From: Chloroflexota bacterium
GTDB lineage: Bacteria > Chloroflexota > UBA6077 > JACCZL01
DNA: 64,000 nt
Assembly: GCA_046328125.1 (NCBI GenBank)
Contig: JAXLXF010000010.1
Coordinates: 87,808-151,807 of the forward strand
Direction: 5' to 3'
Position numbers and translations under genes: made by a program
Part shown: positions 18,365-32,907 of the stretch, piece after piece
How the letters are laid out: each line of letters begins with the position of its first letter
Numbering within the stretch: the stretch's first letter is position 1
Notes under the pieces: generated by a model
Told to the model about the DNA's origin: nothing
What the model saw: the letters and a program-made list of their open reading frames with translations, nothing else
The model's database searches: none

Positions 18365-21238
18365 TCAGAATTCGTCATGCATGTGCCCGTCGATGAATCG
18401 CCGCTGGTCCTTGATCTGGGTGATGTTGCCCCGGTTGTCGATCTCCAGGTCGCAGACGTACCAGATGTACTTGTTCGGGTCGCCGGGAGTGCCGCCTACG
18501 TCAAACGTCTGGAGCACGTCCTGGTCACGCATGATCGTTAGTCGCGCTCCCGAGTTGAGGAAGTTGGGCGTTTCGCCCAGGACATCTCGTCGGTAGTTGT
18601 GGACCCAGAAGTGATAGGAGCCCGCCGTCCAGTCCTGACCGCTGCACTGGGTCTCGAATGTGAAGCGGGGGCGTAGCGTGACAACCTCGGGACCACCGCC
18701 ATCGAAGTTCCGATCGTCTACTGGGTCGAGCGAGACCTGACAGGTATTGAACTCAGGAAATCGGAACCAGACGACACTGCGGTTGGGGGTCGCGGGGGCG
18801 TACGGAAACGAGGCATGCAGGTCGAGGTCGGTTGGCTGGGTCGAGGCGCTGCCCCAGGTCAGGACGGCTCTGATCTGATTGAACCTCTCGATCGGACAGA
18901 GCGTCAGGGTGCCGACGTCTACCGTGGCTCCGGCCGCCAATTCGACGTTGCCGGTCTTTGCTGTCCCGAAGCTGGATTTTGTCGCCTCGACGATCACTGT
19001 CTGAGCCGGAACGTTTGAGATCGTGAACCGGCCGTCTGCGCCGGTCGGAGCCGAGAATCCGGTCGTGCTCGTCACCGTGGCCGTCGCGCCCTGAATCGGG
19101 TCGCCGGTGACGCAGTGACGGACCACGCCGGTCAGCGTGCCCGTCGTGACGATCGTCTGGAGGGTCAGCGTCCCGACGTTCGTCGTGCCGTCGCAGAACC
19201 GCTCGGAGGTGCGGACGAGGTCGGAGTAGCCCTGAGACTGGGCCGAGACGGTCAGCACGTAGCCAGTCGTGGCCGTGTTGGCCGGGATGTTCGAGAGCGT
19301 GAACTGGCCCGCGGGGCTCGTGAACGTGGTGGCGTTGGCGACGTTCCGGAGCTCGACGGTGGCATTCTGAATCGGGGCGCCAGCGGAGCTCTTGACGAAG
19401 CCGGTGATGGTGGCGCGGCCACCGGCCAGCTTGATGACCCCGGCGTTGACCGCCGAGCCGTTCGGGACCGTCACCGATCTGTTGTCGTTCGTGAAATTCT
19501 GCTTGCCGGTCACGATGGTCTGCACGCCTGACGGCACGTCGGCAATCTCGACGGCGCCGGTCGGATCGGCGGTGCCGGTCAGCGTGAACCCCTGCACGGT
19601 GGTGACGGCGCCGTTCAACGGCGTGTCGTTACAGGCCTGAAGCACCGTCGCGCGGACCAGGCCGAAGTTGGGGATCAACTGCGCTGTGGCGCTCGTGGTC
19701 TGGCCAGGGCAGATCCTGAACGAGACGACATCGGAGGCGACACCAGACTTCGAGGCGATCATCGTCAGCGCGGCGCCGTCGCCGTTCTGGCCGGGCGGTA
19801 CGCTGTCGATCGTCACCGTGCCGGTCGGTCCGGTGGTGGCCGTCTGACCGGTCTCCTGAATGCGGACGGTCGCGCCGTTGACGCCGAAGCCACTCGCATC
19901 GACCACCGTGGCCTGCAACGTCCCGCGCCCACCGGAGATCGTCATGGCCAGGGTCGCGGTGCCGTTGACGGGCACGGTGACCGCCTTCTGGGTTGCGACG
20001 AATCCGTCGTTGGCGCCCGTTTCAGCGCGGAAGGTCTGGGTGCCGGACCTGATAGCCGTGAAGCTGAACTGCCCGGCCGTGTTGGCGAGTACTTTCTCCA
20101 CGCCCTCGACGTGCGATACGACGATGCGCTGCCCCGGGCGGCCACAGACGTCGAGGACCGTGCCGGTCACGTTGCCGACCGCCAGCGTCAGGCCGATCTC
20201 AACTGTCGTGACGGCTGGACAGACGTTGACGACGCGCGAGTCCGGCACCATGCCCGAGGTCGTCGTCACCAGGGTCCGCTGGCCCTTCGGCACGTTGTCG
20301 ATAGTGAAGCGACCGTCGTTGAACAGGGAGCTGGCCTGGAGCGTCGTGCCCTGCACCTGGATGGTTGCCCCGCCGACGCCCTGGACGGGCTGGGAGCCCG
20401 CCAGGGTGACGTGGCCGCTGATGGTGGCGGTCGCCTCGTCGAGCGTGAGCGGCTGGTTGACCGTCCCGCCACGCGGAATGGTGACCTCGCCGACGCCGGC
20501 CAGGAAGCCTGCTGCCGACACCTCGACCGTCTGGCGACCCTGCGGACCGAACAGCTCGTACCGGCCATCGGCGCCGGTGATGACGGGCAGCTCGATCCCT
20601 TTCACGGCGACGCGTGCGCCGTTCACCGGCTGACCGCTGCAGGCATTGGTGACCTGGCCGGTGATGGAGCCGCCGAACGGTACTCCGGCGCCGCCGCCCA
20701 CGAACGTCCTCCAGGAGCCACACTGGTTGTTGATCGTGAGCGGGACGGTCACGGGGCCGGTTGACTGTCCGACTGGCCGGATCGTGAAGCCGATCTGGAA
20801 GGTGCCCTGCGGAAGCTGATAGGTGAACGTACCGGTCTGCCCGACGAGGTTACCGATGTCAATCCTCGCATTGGTCAGCGGCCGAGGATCGCCGAACTTC
20901 AACGAGTTGATCGCCGATCCCGTTGGCCCGGGCGAGACGATGACCAGGAGCCGTCCGTCCAACTGCATCGACGTCGAGAGCTGATAATCCGGGCGCGAGC
21001 TGCACGCCAGCGCCACCGTCCTGGCCTCGTCGCCGCCGAGTGCTGGCGCCGCGACGGACCGCCCGACCTCCGGACTCGGAGACGTCAGCACACCGGCGAC
21101 GGCCGCTCGCGCAACCTCGATGCGGAGGAGCAGGGTCGCCACGAGAGCCAGGAGCGTGGCGGCGGACAGCAGCGAGATGGGCGACGTCCACGCCATCGGC
21201 GGACGCCTCTGCTGACGCGACCGTGCCCCTCGGCGCAT
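18365..21238 (-). CDS. Giant exported protein: N-terminal Cys-bracketed domain, ~10 CarboxypepD_reg/Cna-B-like beta-sandwich repeats, YfaP/DUF2135-like C-terminal domain
   Basis: ORF 18365..21316, with the likely start at M27 (MRRGARSRQQRRPPMAWTSPISLLSAATLLALVA). It has repeated ~80-aa units (G.V...C.G.P..GA.V.V.G......T...G.F....P.G). The C-terminus carries LTWGS...DLDLH...GGPEVVTL...YHFWVHNY. Confidence 0.8.
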   Translation of the reverse strand: MRRGARSRQQRRPPMAWTSPISLLSAATLLALVATLLLRIEVARAAVAGVLTSPSPEVGRSVAAPALGGDEARTVALACSSRPDYQLSTSMQLDGRLLVIVSPGPTGSAINSLKFGDPRPLTNARIDIGNLVGQTGTFTYQLPQGTFQIGFTIRPVGQSTGPVTVPLTINNQCGSWRTFVGGGAGVPFGGSITGQVTNACSGQPVNGARVAVKGIELPVITGADGRYELFGPQGRQTVEVSAAGFLAGVGEVTIPRGGTVNQPLTLDEATATISGHVTLAGSQPVQGVGGATIQVQGTTLQASSLFNDGRFTIDNVPKGQRTLVTTTSGMVPDSRVVNVCPAVTTVEIGLTLAVGNVTGTVLDVCGRPGQRIVVSHVEGVEKVLANTAGQFSFTAIRSGTQTFRAETGANDGFVATQKAVTVPVNGTATLAMTISGGRGTLQATVVDASGFGVNGATVRIQETGQTATTGPTGTVTIDSVPPGQNGDGAALTMIASKSGVASDVVSFRICPGQTTSATAQLIPNFGLVRATVLQACNDTPLNGAVTTVQGFTLTGTADPTGAVEIADVPSGVQTIVTGKQNFTNDNRSVTVPNGSAVNAGVIKLAGGRATITGFVKSSAGAPIQNATVELRNVANATTFTSPAGQFTLSNIPANTATTGYVLTVSAQSQGYSDLVRTSERFCDGTTNVGTLTLQTIVTTGTLTGVVRHCVTGDPIQGATATVTSTTGFSAPTGADGRFTISNVPAQTVIVEATKSSFGTAKTGNVELAAGATVDVGTLTLCPIERFNQIRAVLTWGSASTQPTDLDLHASFPYAPATPNRSVVWFRFPEFNTCQVSLDPVDDRNFDGGGPEVVTLRPRFTFETQCSGQDWTAGSYHFWVHNYRRDVLGETPNFLNSGARLTIMRDQDVLQTFDVGGTPGDPNKYIWYVCDLEIDNRGNITQIKDQRRFIDGHMHDEF

Positions 21239-21438
21239 CACTATCCCCGACGCTGCCTGTCGGCAGAAGAACCTGACCTCGCGTTCCGTGCGGTTATCAT
21301 CATGTGTCGCGGCCATTCAAGTCAAGTGTCGCGGGAAGGCATCGACATTCGCCCGCGAGCATCTTGAGCTTTTCGGCCATGCACGAACAGGTAACGGCGA
21401 CAGACGTGACCGAATGGACGATCTCGTCAGTCAGCCTC

Positions 21439-21458
21439 CCGTGGGTTGAAGCCCACGG
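21439..21458. repeat. 20-bp palindrome (9+2+9, one G-T position) downstream of hom
   Basis: CCGTGGGTT-ga-AGCCCACGG lies 20 nt beyond the hom stop. It has the same architecture as the palindromes at 31020, 37455, 37503 and 45993. Confidence 0.7.
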
Positions 21459-21477
21459 ACCGCGATAGGGGCTGAGG

Positions 21478-22776
21478 TCAGTCCTCGACGCGGATCACGC
21501 TGCCGACCTGCTCCACCACGTCCAGCTGGCGAATCTCATCAAGGGCGGCCTGGACCGATGCCTCGTGGGCCTGGTGGGTCATGAAGACGATCTCGGCGAT
21601 GCGGGCGCCGCCGGTGTGTCTGACGTCTTCCTTCTGGATGACCGAGGTCAGGCTGATCCGACGCTCGCCGAAGATGCCGGCGATCCGAGCGATCACGCCG
21701 GGGTGGTCGGCGGCCACAAGCCTGATGTAGTAGCGACTCTGGGCGTCCGCCATAGGGCGGACCTGGATCGAGGCGTCATAGGTGGCGAGGGTCGGGCGGA
21801 TCTCGCCACCGACGATCCTCTGGGCCAGGTCGATCACGTCCGCAACCACGGCACTGGCGGTCGGGCCGGCACCGGCGCCACGTCCGTAGAAGAGGATGCG
21901 CCCGACGAGGTCGCCCTCGACCTGGACGGCGTTGTAGACGTCGTCCACGCTGGCGAGCATCGTGCCGGCCGGGACCATCGTCGGGTGGACGCGCGCCTCG
22001 AGGCCGCCATCGGCGAGCTTGGCGATGGCGAGCAGGCGGATCGCATAGCCCAGCTCGCGCGCGTAACGGAAGTCGGATGGCTGAAGGCCGGTGATCCCTT
22101 CGCGGTAGACCTGATCCGGGTGGACCCGAGCGTGAAACGCCAGCGTCGAGAGGATCGCCAGCTTGTACGCCGCGTCGATCCCCTCGATGTCGTTGGTCGG
22201 GTCAGGCTCGGCGTACCCGAGATCCTGGGCCTCCTTCAGCGCGGTGCCGAAATCGAGGCCGGTGGTGCTCATGCGGGTGATGATGTAGTTCGTGGTGCCG
22301 TTGATGATGGCCGCGACGCGCGAGATGTCGTTCGCCAGCAGGTCGAGCTTGAACGGCCCGATGACCGGGATGCCGCCGCCGACGCTCGCCTCGTACGCCA
22401 CGTCCAGCCCCTTCGCGGCAGCTGCCGCCACGATCTCGGGGCCGTGTTTCGCCATCACCTCTTTGTTGGCGGTGACGACGTGCTTGCCGTTGGCGATGGC
22501 CCGCAGCAGGTACTCGTGGGCCGGGTCTTCGCCGCCCATCGCCTCGACGACGATCTGAATGTCCGGGTTGTCGAGGACGTCGGCGGGGTTGGCGGTCAGC
22601 GGGAGCCAGTCGGCGTCCCTATGACGAGCTACGTCGCGGACCAGCACGCCTTTGACGGCGACAGGCCGCCCGACCCGCCGCGCGATGGTGTCCACCTTGT
22701 CGCGCAACGTTCGCGCCACGCCGCCGCCGACGACTCCGTGCCCCAACAGCCCGACGTTGACCGTCTCACTCATCAC
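21478..22776 (-). CDS. hom: Homoserine dehydrogenase
   Basis: 432 aa. NAD-binding N-terminus VGLLGHGVVGGGV, a homoserine-DH catalytic region and a C-terminal ACT-like domain. It starts 6 nt after the gltB stop. Confidence 0.93.
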   Translation of the reverse strand: MMSETVNVGLLGHGVVGGGVARTLRDKVDTIARRVGRPVAVKGVLVRDVARHRDADWLPLTANPADVLDNPDIQIVVEAMGGEDPAHEYLLRAIANGKHVVTANKEVMAKHGPEIVAAAAAKGLDVAYEASVGGGIPVIGPFKLDLLANDISRVAAIINGTTNYIITRMSTTGLDFGTALKEAQDLGYAEPDPTNDIEGIDAAYKLAILSTLAFHARVHPDQVYREGITGLQPSDFRYARELGYAIRLLAIAKLADGGLEARVHPTMVPAGTMLASVDDVYNAVQVEGDLVGRILFYGRGAGAGPTASAVVADVIDLAQRIVGGEIRPTLATYDASIQVRPMADAQSRYYIRLVAADHPGVIARIAGIFGERRISLTSVIQKEDVRHTGGARIAEIVFMTHQAHEASVQAALDEIRQLDVVEQVGSVIRVED

Positions 22777-22782
22777 GATAGC

Positions 22783-27543
<4,761 letters not shown>

Positions 27544-27811
27544 GCCCTGACCTCGTGCCACACAGTACGGACAAATCTGACCGAACGACGCTACGACGAG
27601 GCTCCATGGGACAGAAAAGGCCGGCCCTACTCTGGCCGACCTACCCCCACAGGTACCCCGCGCGCTGCACCGGCACCGCCCCACCGCCCGTGTGGGCGCA
27701 CCGCGCACGCTCCATAGTCTGCATCGACTATGATTTTTGCGAGTGTACCCTACTTGGGCACGATGCACAAGCCCTCTCGTGCGATTATCCCAATCCGGCA
27801 CTGGTCGATAG

Positions 27812-28507
27812 GTGGTGCGCAAGCGATTGAAAGACGGTGGAATGCCAGCCCGGCGAACCGGCGGCCCGCGGCGGACAACCAAGAAAGACCTGTTCGCGCG
27901 TATGGCCGAGCTGTGGGGGCCGCCAGATGGGCTGCCCGACGATCCGGACACTCTGGACGAGCCGCCCGCCGCATCTGATGGCCCGCTGGCCGGGCTGAAG
28001 GTGGAGATCGTGCGCAGCGCCCGACGCCGCCGCACCATCGGCGCCCGGCTGGACGGCGACCGGCTGATCGTCCAGGTGCCGACCGGCCTGTCCATCTCCG
28101 AGGAGCAGGCGTGGGCCGAAAAGCTGGGTAGCAAGATCCTCGCGTCGCGGCGCCGGCGCGAGCTGAACACCGATGGGGAGCTCGCCGCGAGAGCAAATGC
28201 GCTCAACGCCCAGTACTTTGAAGGCAAGCTCCAGTGGTTGGACGTGCGGTACGTGACGAACCAGAACAGCCGGTTCGGCAGCTGCACCCCGAGCCGGGGC
28301 ACGATCCGGATCTCCGACCGAGTGGCGAAGCTGCCGCCGTGGGTCCGCGACGCCGTGCTCGTCCACGAGCTGGCCCATCTGGTCGAGGCGAACCACTCGC
28401 CAAAGTTCTGGCGGCTGGCGAACCGGTATCCGCTCATGGAGCGAGCACGCGGCTACCTGATGGCGATCGGCCTGGACGAGGAGGAGACAGAAGACAGGAG
28501 TCAGTAG
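27812..28507 (+). CDS. YgjP/DUF45-like zinc metallohydrolase (HExxH)
   Basis: Contains VHELAHLVEANHSPKFWRL and an upstream RRRRTIGARLDGDRLIVQVP block typical of the family. The start could be 27812, 27842 or 27902. Confidence 0.75.
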   Translation: MVRKRLKDGGMPARRTGGPRRTTKKDLFARMAELWGPPDGLPDDPDTLDEPPAASDGPLAGLKVEIVRSARRRRTIGARLDGDRLIVQVPTGLSISEEQAWAEKLGSKILASRRRRELNTDGELAARANALNAQYFEGKLQWLDVRYVTNQNSRFGSCTPSRGTIRISDRVAKLPPWVRDAVLVHELAHLVEANHSPKFWRLANRYPLMERARGYLMAIGLDEEETEDRSQ

Positions 28508-28554
28508 ACAGGAGAGGATTCAACGTCCTCCTGTCTTCTGTCTCCTGTCTCCTC
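28481..28554. repeat. Inverted arrays of CAGGAGA-type heptamers forming an imperfect long hairpin (bidirectional terminator candidate)
   Basis: The left arm reads gaggaga cagaaga caggagt cagtaga caggaga. The right arm reads tcctcctg tcttctg tctcctg tctcctc, which are reverse complements of the same heptamer. The element spans the stop of the DUF45 gene and ends 1 nt before the cupin gene stop. Confidence 0.7.
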
Positions 28555-28555
28555 G

Positions 28556-28918
28556 CTAGAAATCCACCTCGACGCGGAAGGCGGCGACCTCGTTGGCCGG
28601 ATACGCGATCATCAAGGTAGCCCGGCTCTCGCCGACGTTACGGGCGGCGTGGACGGTGTTGGCGGGGGCGAACCAGCTCGCGCCGGCCGAGACCTCGGTC
28701 GTCTCGGCGCCGACCAGGATCTTGAGCGTGCCTTCCACCAGCGTCATCGCCTCTTCCACGAGGTGGGTGTGCGGGGGGATCAGGCCGCCCGGCTCCAGGT
28801 AGACGACGCCGGTCGTGATAGCGCCGGATCCGGAAGACTTGTCCACGGTGATCTTGCGAGTGACGCCAGGGCCACGGACTTCGCCGACGATCTCTTCGAG
28901 TCGAATCACGCTGATCAT
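28556..28918 (-). CDS. Cupin-domain protein
   Basis: The real start is M121 of track ORF 28556..29278 (MISVIRLEE...), preceded by GGAGG. The cupin motifs are LEPGGLIPPHTH..EE and ..APANTVHAARN. Confidence 0.8.
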   Translation of the reverse strand: MISVIRLEEIVGEVRGPGVTRKITVDKSSGSGAITTGVVYLEPGGLIPPHTHLVEEAMTLVEGTLKILVGAETTEVSAGASWFAPANTVHAARNVGESRATLMIAYPANEVAAFRVEVDF

Positions 28919-29057
28919 GCCGAACCTCCAGATGGTGTGGTGTTTCAGGATTTCATGCTGCCGCGACACCACGCCGCCGCTGCTCGATCGCGGAGGGCGT
29001 GGGGCGGACCGCGACAGGAAGGCCCAGACTGGCTTGAGAGGCGGGGACGCCTGGGAG

Positions 29058-29903
29058 ATGATACGCGGTCGGCTGGTCGGCTCGAATCCTGCACGCGGAG
29101 TCTGGCGTATACTCGGTGGCGGCGTCACGGACGGTAGCATCGATCGCGTGCGCCCAGGGAGCAGACCCGCTGTGCGAGAGCTCGCGGCGAGCCCGGACCT
29201 TGCCACCGCGACCTCGGTCCGTCCACGCATCACCATCAAGATCGCCCAGACCCTGGACGGCCGGATCGCCACGAGCACCGGTCAGTCCCAGTGGATCACC
29301 TGTGAGCCAGCTCGCGCCCTGGCCCACGAGCTGCGTGCGACCCACGATGCCGTGCTGGTCGGGATTGGCACCGTCCTGCACGACAATCCTCGGCTGACGG
29401 TGCGGCTGGTGGACGGCCCGGACCCGCTGCGAGTGGTCGCCGACACGACGTTGCGGATTCCGCTGGAGTGCGCCCTGCTGACCGAGCGTCCGGAACAGAC
29501 CATCTGCGTCACGTCCGAATCCGCTCCCGCCGACCGGGTGACGGCCGTCCGTGCGACCGGCGCGCGGGTGATCTTCGGGCAGCCGGGGCCGGCTGGCCGG
29601 GGCCTCGACCTTGCCGATCTGCTCAAACGGCTTTCTGACCTGGGCATCCGGTCGCTGATGGTGGAGGGCGGGGCCGGCATCGTGACCTCGCTGCTGCGCG
29701 ACCATCTGGTGGATCGCCTGGTGGTGTGCATCGCCCCGAAGGTGCTCGGCGCGGGCCTGGACGCGGTCGGCGACCTTGGCATCCGCGACCTGGGTCAGGC
29801 GCTGACCTTCAGCGAGACGACGATCCGCCAGCTCGGCCCAGACATCCTGTTCGACGGGGTGGTGGACCACGTGAGGCGCGCCAACGGCCACGCGCACCCC
29901 TAG
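29058..29903 (+). CDS. RibD C-terminal-domain (pyrimidine reductase / DHFR-like) protein without deaminase domain
   Basis: ITIKIAQTLDGRIATSTGQSQWIT...LRATHDAVLVGIGTVLHDNPRLTVR...SLMVEGGAGIVTSLL matches the RibD reductase fold. The start is uncertain: ATG 29058 or an in-frame GTG near 29172. Confidence 0.75.
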   Translation: MIRGRLVGSNPARGVWRILGGGVTDGSIDRVRPGSRPAVRELAASPDLATATSVRPRITIKIAQTLDGRIATSTGQSQWITCEPARALAHELRATHDAVLVGIGTVLHDNPRLTVRLVDGPDPLRVVADTTLRIPLECALLTERPEQTICVTSESAPADRVTAVRATGARVIFGQPGPAGRGLDLADLLKRLSDLGIRSLMVEGGAGIVTSLLRDHLVDRLVVCIAPKVLGAGLDAVGDLGIRDLGQALTFSETTIRQLGPDILFDGVVDHVRRANGHAHP

Positions 29904-29912
29904 CGTGACACG

Positions 29913-29978
29913 CCCTGGGAGCGCGGCCATCCTGGCCGCTTCGTCGACGAAGCGGCCAGGATGGCCGCGCTCCCAGGG
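29913..29978. repeat. 66-bp perfect palindrome (33-bp arms, no loop) centred on GTCGAC
   Basis: CCCTGGGAGCGCGGCCATCCTGGCCGCTTCGTC|GACGAAGCGGCCAGGATGGCCGCGCTCCCAGGG, read directly. It lies in the gap between the RibD_C-like stop (29903) and the probable dehydrogenase start. Confidence 0.9.
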
Positions 29979-29988
29979 GGTGTTCGTC

Positions 29989-30993
29989 GTGACGGTGGCA
30001 CGGGCGGTCTGGCTCGCGGAGCCGGGGCGCGTCGAGATCCGCGAGGAGCAATTGCCGGCACTGGGGGCGGGCGATCTCCTGGTGCGCGCCGAGCTTTCGG
30101 CGATCAGCCACGGCACCGAGATGCTGGTCTACCGGGGCGAGGTGCCACCCGAGACCACGCTCGACCTGCCGACGCTCGCCGGAAGCTTCGCCTTCCCGAT
30201 CAAGTACGGCTACGCGAGCGTCGGCGTGGTTGAGGCGGTGGGCAGCGCGGTCGATGGGATCGACGTCGGGGACCGGGTGTTCTGCCTGCACCCGCACCAG
30301 ACGAGGTACGTGGTCCCCACAGAGCTGGCGTGGCGGCTGCCGCCAACGCTGGCCCCAGAGCGCGGCGTCTTCGCAGCCAACGTCGAGACGGCGCTCAACG
30401 TCTTGCTGGATGCGCCGGTCCGGCTCGGCGAGCGCGTCGTGGTGTTCGGGCAGGGGACGGTCGGGCTGCTGGTCGGGCTGCTGGCGCGGCGGAACGGCGC
30501 CGGGCGGGTGGCAGTAGTCGACCCGTTCGCGAGGCGGCGGGCGCTGGCACTGGAGCTGGGGGCGGACGTAGCCGTGACCCCGGCCGAGGCGATGCCAGAT
30601 GCGCTGGCCGACGTGCTGGGCGGCCGTCCTGACCTGGCATTCGAGGTGAGCGGCAACCCGGCTGCGCTCCAGACCGCCATTGACGCGGTGGCGGACGACG
30701 GCTCGGTCACGGTCTGCTCGTGGTACGGCACGAAGTCGGTGCCGCTCGCGCTCGGCGGGCGGTTCCACCGTGGGCGGGTCCGCCTCCAATCGACCCAGGT
30801 CGGCCGGATTGCTCCTGAGCTCTCGGTCCGCTGGAGCTATTCCCGCCGCCGCGCTGCCGTTGTCGAGCTGCTCGGGCAACTGCCGCTGGATCGGCTGGTC
30901 AGCCACCGGTTCGCGTTCGAGGACGCGGCGGCGGCGTATGAGCTATTGGCACGCGAGCCGGGCGAGACGACGCAGGTGGCGCTGACGTACTGA
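29989..30993 (+). CDS. Zinc-type medium-chain dehydrogenase/reductase (MDR) family oxidoreductase
   Basis: Contains AVWLAEPGRVEIREEQLP...ISHGTE...G, a nucleotide-binding VVVFGQGTVGLL motif and a C-terminal MDR fold. The track ORF starts at 29905, but that region is the palindrome. GTG 29980, 29989 or 29995 are more plausible starts. Confidence 0.8.
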   Translation: MTVARAVWLAEPGRVEIREEQLPALGAGDLLVRAELSAISHGTEMLVYRGEVPPETTLDLPTLAGSFAFPIKYGYASVGVVEAVGSAVDGIDVGDRVFCLHPHQTRYVVPTELAWRLPPTLAPERGVFAANVETALNVLLDAPVRLGERVVVFGQGTVGLLVGLLARRNGAGRVAVVDPFARRRALALELGADVAVTPAEAMPDALADVLGGRPDLAFEVSGNPAALQTAIDAVADDGSVTVCSWYGTKSVPLALGGRFHRGRVRLQSTQVGRIAPELSVRWSYSRRRAAVVELLGQLPLDRLVSHRFAFEDAAAAYELLAREPGETTQVALTY

Positions 30994-31019
30994 CCATCAA
31001 TCTCCAGGCCGAGGCAGGA

Positions 31020-31041
31020 GCCGTGGACTAAAGTCCACGGC
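31020..31041. repeat. 22-bp perfect palindrome (core 9+2+9) between convergent genes
   Basis: gCCGTGGACT-aa-AGTCCACGGc lies between the MDR stop (30993) and the kinase stop (31048). Confidence 0.8.
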
Positions 31042-31047
31042 CAGTCG

Positions 31048-32850
<1,803 letters not shown>

Positions 32851-32907
32851 GGTCTGGCGCCCCGATGCCGGATTCGCGTGAGTCGAGTGTCAGGAGTGGA
32901 TCGCGTG

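Noticed and set aside
27713-27738. CATAGTC-tgcatc-GACTATG followed by ATTTTTG looks like an intrinsic terminator on the plus strand.
   Set aside because: No plus-strand gene ends upstream of it. It lies in the divergent gltB/DUF45 promoter region, and the stem is only 7 AT-rich bp. It could be an operator, but I cannot support any call.
27544-28437. The ORF track extends the gltB reading frame 298 codons upstream (to 28437), overlapping the DUF45 gene on the other strand.
   Set aside because: The extension is Arg/Ser/Pro-rich with no GOGAT similarity. Homology and the Ntn-Cys propeptide begin at M299 (27543). The region contains a well-supported plus-strand gene. This is an open-frame artefact of high GC.
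28481-28554. I considered whether the heptamer arrays (here and at 46531..46593) could be a degenerate CRISPR array.
   Set aside because: The units are 7 nt with no spacers, and no cas genes are present. They are microsatellite/STRR-like arrays, not CRISPR.
29905-29988. The track start (29905) for the MDR dehydrogenase gives an N-terminus MTRPGSAAILAASSTKRPGWPRSQG.
   Set aside because: These codons are exactly the 66-bp perfect palindrome. The MDR fold begins at ...ARAVWLAEPG. In-frame GTGs at 29980, 29989 and 29995, preceded by GGGGG, are better starts.
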